In this document: positions 23,867 through 36,293 of the stretch, one piece after another
How the letters are laid out: every line of letters starts with the position of its first letter
Numbering within the stretch: the stretch's first letter is position 1
The notes under the pieces: model-generated
The model's database searches: none
What the model saw: only the letters and a program-made list of their open reading frames with translations
What the model was told of the DNA's origin: nothing
Program-made: the position numbers and the translations under genes
Origin: Leucoraja ocellata
Taxonomy: Eukaryota
Direction: 5' to 3'
Assembly: GCA_036785375.1 (NCBI GenBank)
Contig: JAWMAR010000026.1
Span: 8,494,001-8,558,000, forward strand
Length of the DNA: 64,000 nucleotides

Positions 23867-24282
23867 CTGTAGCATGCAGAGAGGAGAGAGAAGCACAGAG
23901 AGACGTTACTTCAAGGAATGTGCACATTCATAGGTCCCAGCTGAATGAGCAAAATGTCAAAACTCAATTGTAAGCCAGGACCAAAATCATTTGTGAAAGA
24001 CTGTCGTTACTTCACAGAGCGGATGCTTTCCTCTCTAACACTGAGAACAGGGCAGTCTGGTGTCCCCCACGAAAGCTAGCAGCTCCTGATGTAAATATGC
24101 ATCATGTCCTTCACCTTGTTGCTATGACTACAGTGCTGCTTTCGGTCGGAAGTTGCTGCGCTGTAAGAAAAATTGATTTCCTCTGGGAAAATCATCCCCG
24201 GCTGAAAAAGAGAATATTCACAGGCCCTCAGTGCAGTAAGCTCTTGATTTTCTGTATGGTACCTGTAGCCTGAATGCTCAAC

Positions 24283-24567
24283 TTTAGTTAAGTTTAGTTC
24301 AGAGTTACAGCACGGAAACAAGGCCCTTTGGCCCACTGAGTCCTCGCCTATCAGCGATCCCCACACACTAACACTATCCTTCCCACTAGGAACATTTTTC
24401 TGTATGTCTTTGGAGTTTTGAGAGGAAACCAGAGCATCCGGGGAAATCCCACGCGGCCATGGGAAGAACATACAACCTCCATACAGACAGCGCCCATAGT
24501 CAGGTTCGAACCTGGGTATGTGGCACTGTAAAGCAGCAACTCCACCGTTGCACCACCGTGCCGCCCG
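24283..24567 (-). mobile_element. tRNA-derived SINE (HE1-like)
   Basis: Same family, reverse orientation. Confidence 0.88.
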
Positions 24568-24865
24568 CTTCTGTAGGAAGCTGTGGGTTTATGACTCCTG
24601 TCAATGAAGTAAATGGAGTCACTTTAATATAACATGGTGCGAATCTCAGTAGAGAATCTCTGGATGAGACAGCGAAAATACTTTTGGGTACTCATCATCT
24701 GAGTCAAACCACAGGAAGTCAGACTTTGACCTACTATGAGCCACAGCATTTATGTGGTTTTATGTCCCCCCATTATATTAATCCCCCCAATATATTAGTA
24801 TTGGAATTAATGATATCATTAAACACCAAAGAGAAAGGGTTAATATTTGTGTCCAATTTTCCCTC

Positions 24866-25030
24866 NNNNNNNNNNNNNNNNNNNNNNNNNNNNNNNNNNN
24901 NNNNNNNNNNNNNNNNNNNNNNNNNNNNNNNNNNNNNNNNNNNNNNNNNNNNNNNNNNNNNNNNNNNNNNNNNNNNNNNNNNNNNNNNNNNNNNNNNNNN
25001 NNNNNNNNNNNNNNNNNNNNNNNNNNNNNN
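24866..25030. other. Assembly gap (165 N)
   Basis: N run. Confidence 1.
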
Positions 25031-25333
25031 CTTACTTTAGAGATACAGAGCAGAAACAGGCCCTTCGGACAACCTGCACCGACCAGCGATCCTCGCACAT
25101 TCACACTATCCTACACCCACTCGGGACAATTTTTACATTTACCAAGCCAATTAACCTACAAACCTTGGATTGTGTGGGAGGAAACCAGAGAACTCAGAGA
25201 AAAACCACAGAGATCACGGGGAGAATTTACAAACTCCATACAGACAGCACCTATAATCGGGATCGAACCCTGGTCTTCGGAGCCGCATTCGCTGTAAGGC
25301 AGCAACTCTACTGCTGCGCCACCGTGACCGCCC
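25031..25333 (-). mobile_element. tRNA-derived SINE (HE1-like)
   Basis: Reverse complement of the same family; B-box at about 25261-25270. Confidence 0.88.
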
Positions 25334-25550
25334 TGAACTTTTGGTCCTTGGGTGGTGTGCAGGTTGATTGTCACCACCCAGTGATGAACTGTGCAACCAT
25401 CAATGAACATCCCCATCTCCAGCCTTATGATGGAATTGAAGTCATCAATCAATGACGTTTCGGCTTGAAACACTGTCAATCACTGCTGCAGCAATATCCT
25501 GACGGTCACAATCATTTTCCTTTGTGTGAGGACAACAACAACATGTGCTG

Positions 25551-25830
25551 GACACGGTGGGGCAGCTGTATAGTTGCTGCCTTACAGCACCAGAGACCCG
25601 GGTTCGATCTGTATGGTGTTTGTACGTTCTCCCCATGACCACGTGGGTGCTCCGGTTTCATCCCACACTCCAAAGACGTACAGGTTGGTAGGTTATATTT
25701 GGCTTTGTTAATAATTGTAAATTGACCCTAGTGTGTAGGACAGTATTAGTGTACAGGACGATTGCTGGTTGGTGTGGACTCGGTTGGCCAAAGGGCCTGT
25801 TTCCATGCTGTATTTCTAAACTAAACTAAA
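25551..25830 (+). mobile_element. tRNA-derived SINE (HE1/V-SINE-like)
   Basis: A-box-like ggtggggcagctg, B-box ggttcgatc, LINE-like tail aagggcctgtttcc...ctaaactaaactaaa. Confidence 0.88.
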
Positions 25831-26299
25831 CAAAAGTGACCAGTGGAATGAAAGTGCAAGTTACCACAGTAGGTGGACCAGCAGCCAATGAGCAACGTTC
25901 CCCTCTGATTATAACATTACAAACAAAGCTCAACAACCTGATGACAAAGGTAGTTCCGCTCTTTAGCCCATGTTTGAACCAATGCCAAGGTCTTGAGCCA
26001 ATAACTGAAACTGGGAATTCTTAAGGATGCCTTTTGAGACACTTTCTACCACTCTGCTGATGTTTCATAGGTTGATAATGAACAGGATTGGATTTGGCTT
26101 GCTTTCTGTGAACAACATACCTGGACAATCTTCATCGCTATTAGGTAGATGCCAGTGCACAGGAACAGCTTGTGTGGAGATGCAGCTAGTTCTGCAACAC
26201 AGATCTTCAGTACCAAGGTAGGAAGACTCCCATTCCCCATAACTTTTGCTACATTCAGAAATCTCAACCATTTCTTGATAACACATGGAGGGCACTAAT

Positions 26300-27120
26300 T
26301 TGATGGGGAGTTGCTTCTCTGAGGGAGGGGATCTCTGAGGTGCTGGATGACTGGAGGGTGACTAATGTTATGCCTTTATTTAAGAAGGGCTACAAGAAAA
26401 AGCTTCGGCACTAAAGACCAGTGAGTCTAACATATGTGGGAGGTAGGTTACTGGTGAGAATTCTGAGGAATAAGGTATTTATATATTTGGATAGATAGGG
26501 GCTGATTAGGTATAGTCAGTATAATTTTGCAATGGGAGATCGTGTCTTATGAATTTACAGTCATGGAGTCATACAGCATGGAAACAGGCCCTTCGGACCA
26601 ATGTCCTATCTACAATAGCCCCACCTGGCTACGTTTGGCCCATATCCCTCAAAACCTATCCTATCCATGTACCTACCTAAATGTTTCTAAACCTTGTGTT
26701 AGTATCTGCCTCAACTACCTCCTCTGGCAGCTCATTCCATACTATTAAATCTTTCCACCCTCACCTTAAATATATGTCCTCTGGTTCTTGATTTTCCTGC
26801 TCTGAGCAAGAGACTCTGTTTGTTTACCCGATCTATTCATGATTTTGTACACTATAAGATCAGCCCTTATCCTCTTTCGCTCCAAGGAATTAGGTCCTAG
26901 CCTGCTCAGCCTATAAGGTCAGGTTGTCACGTCATGGCAACATCCATGTAAATCTTCTCTGCACCCTTTCCAGCTTGACAACATCTTTCCTATAACATGG
27001 TGCCCAAAACTGAACACAAAACTCAAAACGTGACCCCAACAATGCCTTATATAACTGCAACATGACCTCCCGACTTCTATACACAATACTCTCACTGATT
27101 AAGGCCAATATGCCAAAACC
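26300..27120. mobile_element. CR1 fragments (plus-strand RT piece followed by minus-strand 3' end)
   Basis: gactggagggtgactaatgttatgcctttatttaagaagg (DWRxANVxPLFKK); reverse-complement 3' UTR from about 26560. Confidence 0.75.
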
Positions 27121-27399
27121 CTATCTACCTGTGACCCCACTTTCACTTTTATGTACCTACACTCCTAGATCTCCCTCCTCTACAAAAGTACACTCCCCTC
27201 TCAATGGTTTCATAACTGTGTCACTGCCACCCAATCAGTGCCAGTGTAATGATGTGCTGGCACGGGAGCTAACCAGGGTACAGAGCCACACCTCTAGTGG
27301 TCAAGGGACTTTCCAGCACAGCAGGGTTCTTCCCCCATGCTGAAAGCCCCCCACGGATCCCAGCCAGGGATGCCGCGGGCCTGAAATCAGGCACGGTGG

Positions 27400-27670
27400 C
27401 TTGGGCTGCAGGAGGCCTTGATCTCATTATCGAGATAAGGCTCACTTATCGCCTCAGCGCAGAGGGTGAATGAGGAGGGAAGAGACAGTAACTTTAAGAC
27501 TTTTGCCTCCATCACAGTGAGGAGGTGCCTGGTGAACTCACTGTGGCGGGTGTTAATTTGTGTTTATTGTGTGTTTTGTTGTTTATTATTATATGTATGG
27601 CTGCAGGCAACGACATTTCGTTCAGACCGAAAGGTCTGAATGACAAATAAAGGATCTAATATAATCTAAA
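27400..27670 (+). repeat. Interspersed repeat 3' end with terminal stem-loop
   Basis: TTCAGACC-GAAA-GGTCTGAA hairpin directly before aataaa. Confidence 0.65.
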
Positions 27671-27829
27671 ACCTTCTGTCTTGAACAACAATGCCCTCGC
27701 CAAATCACAGTGTGAACCTAGACTCTAACCAAGCTAGTTGGAAGCAGGTCAGAATCCCAAGCGGTTCTACACGTTTCTACAATGTTGATTGAGCAAGAGA
27801 GGAGCGGGTAGGAGGAGTGGTGATCTTAC

Positions 27830-27938
27830 TTGGTGTTGTCCAAATCGATTGTATGGAAGAGATTTTCCAGTTCTTCTTCGTTGAGGGTCCCATCAGAAAA
27901 GAATGTCCGGAATTCATCCAGGGACAACTTGCCGTCAT
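27830..27938 (-). CDS. NECAB2: NECAB2 exon 3 (109 nt)
   Basis: tgtag|AT GAC GGC...ACC AA|gtaaga = (D)[35 protein letters not shown](N), phase 1 to 2. Confidence 0.96.
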
Positions 27939-28269
27939 CTACAAGACAAGACATAGGTGTTTTTCGTCTGAAACAGCAGAGACCACGACTAATGGTGAAA
28001 GACCACAGTCCCAGATCTTGTCCTTTATGCAACACAGCCACAAGAACAAGTAACTTCACAATTACTGATTACAGTTCAGCAAACAACACAGTAAACACAA
28101 ATAACTGTGGATCCCATGCATCTTAATCTGGGTCAGTCTATCGAGAAAGATTTTATCAAATGCCTTAATAAAATCCATGCAGACAATATACACTGCCTTA
28201 ATCTTATTGATCACCTTGTCACCTCCTCAAAAAAAACCAGTGACATTTGTAAGATGTGACTTGCCATGC

Positions 28270-28446
28270 ATCCTTCTCCACCCCAGTCCTCTCACTAGTC
28301 CCATTGTCTCCGCCCACTTACTTTCTTTGTCCTACCACATCCCCTGACATCAGTCTGAAGAAAGGTCTCGACCTGAAACGTTGCCAATTCCATCTCTCCA
28401 TAGATGCTGCCTCACCCGCTGAGTTTCTCCAGCATTTTGTGTCTAC
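28270..28446 (+). mobile_element. Penelope 3'/pLTR fragment with hammerhead motif (core 28355-28382)
   Basis: CTGAAGAAAGGTCTCGACCTGAAACGTT followed by the family tail (gatgctgcctcacccgctgagtttctccagc). Confidence 0.78.
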
Positions 28447-29859
28447 CATGTATAAATCCATATTGACTATCCCTATTTAGCCCATTATCTTCCAGTAAGT
28501 AAATAAGTAAACCCCATCCCAAATAATCCTGTCCACAGCTTCATTTCCACTGACATGAGGCTCGCCAGCCTATAATTTCCTGAATTATCTCCTTCCCTTC
28601 TTAAATGAAGGAACAATATTGGCTACTGTACTTTCCAGTTCTCTGAGATATTGAGAATTGCTTGAGAAAATATAAGGATCTTCACCAAGGCCCCTGCAAT
28701 TTCTGTGTGCAATCCCTGCAAACACTTCCTATTTTCAGACTTCCATCATGTGCAGAGTTGTGCTTTTCAGTTACCATACTGATTTGGTCACTGGAGAGAA
28801 TGCAGAACAGATTCATTTCACCAGTCAGCATTTCTGGGTGTAGAATCGCTGACTCAGCTATATGAGCCATCTCCTCGAGCTTCTGTACTTATCCTGCTCC
28901 CCGGGCTGTAATTCCTCCCCTTCTTTTGGAACAAACGAGGAACCATTCTCCAACTGACATCACCACCTGACATTGAGGTTTGTCAGTGCAGAGCTGCTTG
29001 TCAGCTTCCTAGTGGCCACAGGGACTTTCCCTAGGGATTAGGGTTGAGGACAAGTCAGCTTGATATCCTTTCCACCTGCTCGGCTGCCCATAGGGAAAAG
29101 ATTACAGTTCACCATAACTGGCAGCCAATTCTCCCCAGTAACCCCAGGGACAGCTTTCAGACGGAACCATTGCAAACAAGGCCAGTGTTTCTCAGATGGT
29201 CACTAAGGCAGAACTAATATTGATCACTCAGGACAAAGACCACACTGGGAGGGGAAGGGTGTGGGATGAGAGAGGAACACCCATTCCCTTCTACTGTTTC
29301 TTGGGTATGCATTTACCACAGCAGTCATTCCATTTAACACCCAAGGTCAACTGAGCAGTTGCGAGAGACCGTTCCAGGTCAGCTGCAGAGGAATGAAGGT
29401 TGAAGGGCAAGGGGTGTGGACAGAAAGCCTTAAGCTGTGGGGAGTCAATCTAGTCAGAGATTCAGTCAGGGAGTGGATGGAAGCTTGGAAGCAAGAAATA
29501 CGTAGCAGAATTAAGTGGAATGTAGCTGGATGGAGGTGGTGGTTTAGGTAACAGTGCTAATGTGCGGTTAAATAAGAGAAAACATTATTCAGATTACACT
29601 GGGAGAATTGTGTGCATCTCTGGTCTACACACTAGAGGAAAGATATGGTTGTGCTGGAGAGAGTACGGCATAGCTTTGCCAGGATGTTACCTGGGCAGGA
29701 AGACTTTAGTTTTCGGGAAAGAGTGGATCGGCTGAGATTGCTTAACCTGGAAGAGGTGGAGGTGTGACCTGCCACGGTATCTAAAATCACTTGTCCCCAG
29801 CTGCCTATACCTGACCCATGACTTCTCATTTTCCATGACCAGCAACAATAACTCTCATC

Positions 29860-31450
29860 ATCCAGTGTCCCTTACGCCTACTTGCCTTGCCCTTCACATT
29901 AACACCAATATACATACCTTGAACTCTGACTAACATTTTTGCAGTATCCCACTTTCCGGACATCCCTTTAACCACAACCAATCTACTCCAATAAACCTTT
30001 GCTAGTTCCTGTCTAATACCATCAAGGTTGACATTACCCTAATTTAGAACTTTTACTTGTGGATCAGCTATGTAGTAGATACCCATAACCATTTAAAATC
30101 TAATAGAATTATGATCGCTGGTCCCAAAAATGCTCACCCACTGACACTTCAGTCTCTTGTCCTTGCAAATTTCCTCAGAGTAGATCAAACTTGCCTATCC
30201 CTTGTAAGGCCTTCTACAGTACATTTTGTCTGTGGCAACAGACGGCAAAAATTCCACACTGAATAAATATACTGAATAAATTGAACAAACTGAATAAATT
30301 CCATCCCATCTAAGCTTTGGTACTATGGCAGTCCCAGTCTACACTGGAAAAGTTAGTTCCCGACTGTGACAATCCAATTAGTCTTGCAGTTGGCTGCATG
30401 CTCCCGGCATATTTGTTCCTCTTATTCCCATTGACTATTTGGGAGCCTCTAGTACAATCCCAACAGTGATTATCCCCTTTTTATTGGTGAGCTCCATCCA
30501 TAGTGCCTCACTGGATGATTCTTCAGTTATGTAATCTCGGACTACTGCCATGATGTTCTCCGTAATCAATAAAGCAACTCCCTCTCCTCTCATTTGTATC
30601 ACTTTGTTTCACACCTGTAGTACGTGTACCTGGAACATTAAGCTGCTAGTCCTGTCTTTGCCTTAGCCGGGTTTCTGCAATAGATGTAACATCCCAATTG
30701 CACGTGCTCACACTCTGAGTCCGTTTGTCTTACCTGTCAGGCTTTTATCATTGAAATAAACACAATTTGATCCAACTGGTTTTCCCTCGCTCCACGCCAC
30801 GCTCCTGCCTATTCTGTCTACTTAACTTGCTGTCATTAACTTCTGTATTGACTACCAGCTTTCCATCTGCCTCACTACAGAATGGGATGCCATCCTCCTG
30901 CCAATCTGGTTTAAACCCTTCCAGGTAGCACCAACGAACCCACCTGCCAGAACTTTCGATACATTCCATTTCAGGCAACCGCCTGTCCTTCTTGTGCAAG
31001 GCACTGCTGCCGCAGAAGAGGTCCCATCGAGGGGGACACACCATTCTGGAGTCCCGTTTACCAGCACAGTATCTCGTTCCTCGAACTAATGAGTCTCTCA
31101 TCACAATAGGTCTGTCTGATTTCACCCTAGCCCACCGTGCCTCAGAGCCAGGCCTGACATCACAGAGCTGAGTGCTGTTGCAGCTCTCAGAAAGTGTTCC
31201 TTTCACCCAATAGTATCCAAACGGGTATACTTGTTTTCCAACATGGAATGGCCACAGGGAATTCCTATGCTCTTCATTGATTCCCTTTCTTAAAAGTCCA
31301 GAAGTCATCCAGCTGCAGCTCCATCTCCCTCACGCAGACTGACAGCAACCGCAGTTGGACACACTTCCCACAGGTGCAGTCCTCGGGGACACTGACTTGC
31401 CAAATCCTGCAGGAGAAGCCTACCCATGTCCTAGCTGCAAAACCTAATTG
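29860..31450 (-). mobile_element. CR1 5' part (ORF1 plus decayed endonuclease region)
   Basis: CTCGKCVQLRLL...EMELQLDD; PIVMRDSLVRG; paralogous to 20201-21130. Confidence 0.75.
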
Positions 31451-31699
31451 AACTAAGACCAAGGAAGAGATACAAAAGAAAACAGACTTTACCTTATCTT
31501 GCCATTGTCTTCTGCTCAGCCTCTTTGTCAAAGCCTCAACACTTACCCTCAAATGCAGCACTTGAGCCTCAGCATAGCTTTGACCAAAATGGTCACTCAG
31601 CTAGTGCCTCCCTTCCAGTTTTATACCTTCAGGAGCAGTCACAGCCAGATACAGCTGCTTTTTATAAAGTGTAACACTGGGGCACAGAACTGGTGGAAG

Positions 31700-32465
31700 T
31701 GCATCTTTCATAGTACAACACTGGAGTATAGTGGGAACAGGGCCACTGTGTAACAAGGGTACATTACTGGCGAGTATGAGCGTGTCATTGTGTGACACAG
31801 GTAACAATGTGGATAAGTCTGTCGCTACATAATACGGTACAATATTGGTGTGAATATGTCTATCACTATATAACACGAGTACAGTACCTGGTAGGGTAGG
31901 GTAATACTGTATAATACAAGTACAGTACAGGACGGCATGGATACGTGACTTTATAATACTGGGGTACAGTACTGGAGGGACCAGATACCATTCATGGTAT
32001 AATAGTGGGATATAGTACTAATGGGGATCGTATTTGGCTCTATAGTACTGACCTACAGTACTAGTGGGGACAGTCTATCACTGTATAACACTGGTACAAT
32101 ACTGGTGGTGACCAGTCTGTCATGGTGTAATGCTGGGGTATAGTACTGGTGGAGACAGGTTATTATTGTATAATACTGTGGTACAGTTCTGGTGGGGACA
32201 TCTTTCACTATATAACACGGATACAGTACTGGTGGAGACAGGGTTCCATCACTGTATAATACTGGGATACAGTATTGGTGGGGATGAATCTGTCACTATG
32301 GCATTGTGGTACACTACTGGTGGGGATGGGTAATTGTTTGTATAATACTAGGTTACTGGTGGCGATGGACTAACACAGTGTAATACTGGGTTACAGGACT
32401 AATGCACAGTTCTATCAATGCATAACATGGGAATGATACTGGTGGGGACAAGTCTGTCACTACAG
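31700..32465. repeat. Degenerate minisatellite, unit about 45 bp
   Basis: Consensus about GTATAATACTGGGTACAGTACTGGTGGGGACAGGTCTGTCACT. Confidence 0.88.
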
Positions 32466-32629
32466 AAGCATGCCTTGCGGCTTCTTCACCACCCTGTCTG
32501 TCTGTGTTTCCACTTTCAAAGGTTTAACTCCCAGGTCTCTCGATTCAACAATGCTCCCGATGCTCTGCCATCCACTGTGTATTTCCTGACTTGGTTTAAG
32601 AAATGGAAAATCGGGAGAGTGTGAAGCCT

Positions 32630-33335
32630 CCACAGCCAACACATCGTTCTCCAAAATTTCCACCATCTTCAACGTGATCCCACTACCAGTTACAAGTTCC
32701 CATCCCCAACCCTTTCTGCATTCTGCATAGACCACTCTTGCTGTAACGCCCTGGTCACCTCACATTCCACTTGGGTAGCCTACAACCCAACAGCATAAAC
32801 ATTGAATTCGCCAATTTCAAGAAACCCCATTCCCGTCCTTCTCTTCTACCCAGTTGCGACTACTCCTCCCCCAAACCACCCAAGCACACCTTTGATTCCA
32901 CTCTGCCCATCGCTATCACCTATTTCCTTTCCCCGCATCCACCTCCTCCACAGCTCCTCTCTACGCCAAATCCCCCATTTTCATAGCCCCACCACCATAT
33001 AAATTCTACACTATCCCTCCTTCTGTGTCTATATTTCACTTCTTTCCTTTCTTCCTTGTCCGATTCCACGATCTGCCCCTCTGTGCCTTCTCCATCTATC
33101 ACCTCCTGCCATGGTATCATCTCCACCCTTTGAACCCCCACCTGACTCATTTGCCAATCAACTTCTCCTCATCTGAATACACCTACCACTTGCCAGCTCT
33201 TGCCCAAACACTTCCTCTCAATTCCCTCCACCAGCTATCTCCCTTTACGCTATCAGTCTGAAAAAGATCCCAACTCAATACATTATCAATCCATTTTTCT
33301 CCACAGATGCTGTCTGACCCCTTGAGTACTTCCAA
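32630..33335 (+). mobile_element. Degenerate Penelope-like 3' fragment
   Basis: ttgggtagcctacaacccaacagcataaacattgaattc, pyrimidine-rich UTR and a decayed hammerhead near 33258. Confidence 0.7.
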
Positions 33336-33544
33336 GAGAGTTAGGTGTTTAATTGTTATATGTTCTGATAACGGAACAATGGAATTCTATCTTGTAGCAG
33401 CTTAACAGGCTCATAAACTCAATCACACACATAACTGGCAACTCATTATTCCAGGGTTCGATGTTTCAAACGTGATTAAGAGGGAAGCAATAGTGGTGTA
33501 TACTTGATAGTGGAAACACAAGCACAAGTAGTTAGAGTGGTAGG

Positions 33545-34555
33545 TACACAAAATTGCTGGAGAAACTCAGCGGGTGCAGCAGCATCTATGGAGCGAAGGA
33601 AGTAGGTGACGTTTCGGGCCGAAACCCTTCTTCAGACTGATGGGGGGTGGGGGGGAGAAGGAAGGAAAAAGTGAGGAGGAGGAGCCCGAGGGCGGGGGCA
33701 TGGGAGGAGACAGCTCGAGGGTTAAGGAAGGGGAGGAGACAGCAAGGGCTAGCAAAATTGGGAGAATTCAACGTTAATGCCATCAGGATGCAAACTGCCC
33801 AGGTGGAATATGAGGTGCTGTTCCTCCAATTTCCGGTGTTGCTCACTCTGGCAATGGAGGAGACCCAGGACAGAGAGGTCGGATTGGGAATGGGAGGGGG
33901 AGTTGAAGTGCTGAGCCACCAGGAGGTCAGGTAGGTTATTGCGGACTGAGCGGAGGTGTTTGGCGAAACGATCGCCCAACCTACGCTTAGTCTCCCCGAT
34001 GTAGATCAGCTGACATCTAGAGCAGCGGATGCAGTAGATGAGGTTGGAGGAGATACAGGTGAACCTTTGTCGCACCTGGAACGACTGCTTGGGTCCTTGA
34101 ATGGAGTCGAGGGGGGAGGTGAAGGGACAGGTGTTGCATTTCTTGCGGTTGCAACGGAAAGTGCCTGGGGAGGGGGTGGTACGGGAGGGAAGGGAAGAAT
34201 TGACAAGGGAGTTGCGGAGGTAGCGGTCTTTGCGGAAGGCAGACATGGGGGGAGATGGGAAGATGTGGCGAGTGGTGGGGTCACGTTGGAGGTGGCGGAA
34301 ATGGCGGAGGATTATGTGTTGTATTTGCCGGCTGGTGGGGTGAAAGGTGAGGACCAGGGGGACTCTGCCCTTGTTGTGAGTGCGGGGATGGGGAGAGAGA
34401 GCAGTGTTGCATGGTATGGATGAGACCCTGGTGCGAGCCTCATCTATGGTGGCGGAGGGGAATCCCCGTTCCCTGAAGAACGAGGACATTTCCGATGCCC
34501 TGGTATGGAATGTCTCATCCTGGGAACAGTTGCGGCGTAGGCGGTGGAATTGGTT
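33545..34555 (-). mobile_element. Penelope-like element, 5'-truncated, with open RT-thumb/Zn-knuckle/GIY-YIG frame and 3' pLTR
   Basis: The ORF to stop 33749 contains RVPLVLTFHP, CNRKKCNTC, NLIYCIRC...IYIGETKRRLGDRF...H (GIY-YIG). It interrupts a CR1 fragment (agagtggt | aagaaggc). Confidence 0.93.
33608..33635 (-). ncRNA. Minimal type-I hammerhead ribozyme motif in the Penelope pLTR
   Basis: Minus strand reads CTGAAGA-A-GGGT TTCG GCCC-GAAA-CGTC: both core boxes, stem II, palindromic ACGT stem III and a GUC cleavage triplet. Confidence 0.8.
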
Positions 34556-35100
34556 ATAATGTAAGAAGGCATATGATATGCTTGCTTTCATTGGTCAGTG
34601 CACTGAGTGTAAGAATCAAAAACTCATGAGGCAACTTTATAGGACTTTGGTTAGACTGGATTTGGAGTATTGTCTGCAGTTCTGTCAACTCATTACAGGA
34701 AGCATGTGGAGGCTTTGGAAAGTGTGAATGGGAGGTTTACCAGGATGATACCTGGATTGGGGGTATTAGCTACAGGGAGAGGTTGGGCAGACGGATTGTT
34801 TTCTCTGGAACACCAGAGGTTGTGGGGAGACCTGATAGAAGTACAGTATATAACATTTGAGAAACTTAGATAGGGTAAACAGTCGGAATATTTTTCAAAT
34901 ACTAGAGGGTACAGCTGTAAGGTGAGAGGGGCAAAGTTTAAAGGAAATTGACAGGGCAATTTTTCACATGGAGGATGCTGGGTGTCTGAAATGTACTGCT
35001 TGTGTGGTGTTTGAAGCAGATTGTTAGTGGCATTTAAAAGACTTTTGAATGGGCATATTGATATGCAGGGTATGGAGGAGTTTGGCTTATACGCAGGTAG
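34556..35100 (+). mobile_element. CR1 3' fragment
   Basis: HYRKHVEALESVNGRFTRMIPGL...GDLIEV. Confidence 0.8.
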
Positions 35101-36222
35101 ATAAGTGACGGTGTTCTTCCCTCCTCCCTGTCTCTCTCCAGCATGCATTCAATCACTGCTGTTGCAGCCCCTAGGAGGATTCTGCAGATGGGTTTGGGTC
35201 CAGCCTATGTTGCAGGAACAGGGCGGTCATGATCCCAACACCGTGGCTCCCAATCCAAAGTCCACTCTCCCACCAACACCCTTCCTGGGCTTCTAACAGT
35301 GCCAGAAGCTCTGAGCTAGTTGCCATGGTACCCAGACTCATCAATAGGGATGATCTTTAACTGAGAGAGCCAAAGCCCTTTAACTGTGCCAGCTGTACTG
35401 CCAACCACTCCTCCAACAGGCACTGCCCCAACTCAGGGCACACTCAGCTTCGGAAATGCCCTGTGGATAGATCTCCCTGATGTCACTGGTTACCATGGCA
35501 CCCAGAGTTTACAGAGGAAGCAAGGCCTCCAATGACCTCCCCCATCTAACTGCCACAATTTTCAGGAAAACTAGTCTCGCTGAAACAAAACCTCACCTGT
35601 GCTAACACTGATGTATATTCACTTCAAATAAAAATAGCTGCAGAATGCTTCCACTGGGAACAGCTCGAGGCTCCTGGACTCCAAGAGCTGGATGTGTTAA
35701 AAATAATGATGCATTTATCTGACAACTAATTAAATATTCCGACAAATGAATTAAATTAAGCTGTGCGAGGACTTGTGTTGGCTCAGTACCAAGCCAACAG
35801 CAACCCTTTCCGCTAATACACTGAGGCACTCACCTGCTCACTGCCAACAAACCCTGATAATATTTATCTTCCTGCCACAAATAAATCCGAAACACAGAGA
35901 TTTCTTCTTGCTTCTCTTCCTTGATTTTCCTGACACCTCCATGCCTCTAGCTGTGCCAGTTGAATCTCCTCACTTCTACAACCCCCTCTGGTAGTTGTTT
36001 CCTGAAAATAATTCCTCCTTCTCATTCTCTGATTGAGAATTTGTGTCTTTCTCTCATTGTCCCTGGGGTCTCACCCTCAGCAAGTTCCACGGCAACTTTT
36101 CCTCAATGACAGTAATACACTGCTTCCGTATCAGCTCAGACACTGATGACCTTAGAGACTTAACCTCTCTTTTGAAGTCACCATGCAGCATCAAGTGTTT
36201 CATGAATTGCATTGGGAAAACA

Positions 36223-36293
36223 GAGACCACTGTTGCAATTGGAACTGCGTTAGCCAGACTGGCTAACGCAGTTCCAATTGCAACAGTCGTCTC
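36223..36293. repeat. 71-bp near-perfect palindrome
   Basis: 35-bp arms, 1 mismatch, 1-nt spacer at 36258. Confidence 0.95.

Noticed and set aside
25551-25620. tRNA genes
   Set aside because: A/B boxes belong to SINE heads; they continue into SINE bodies and no full cloverleaf was seen.
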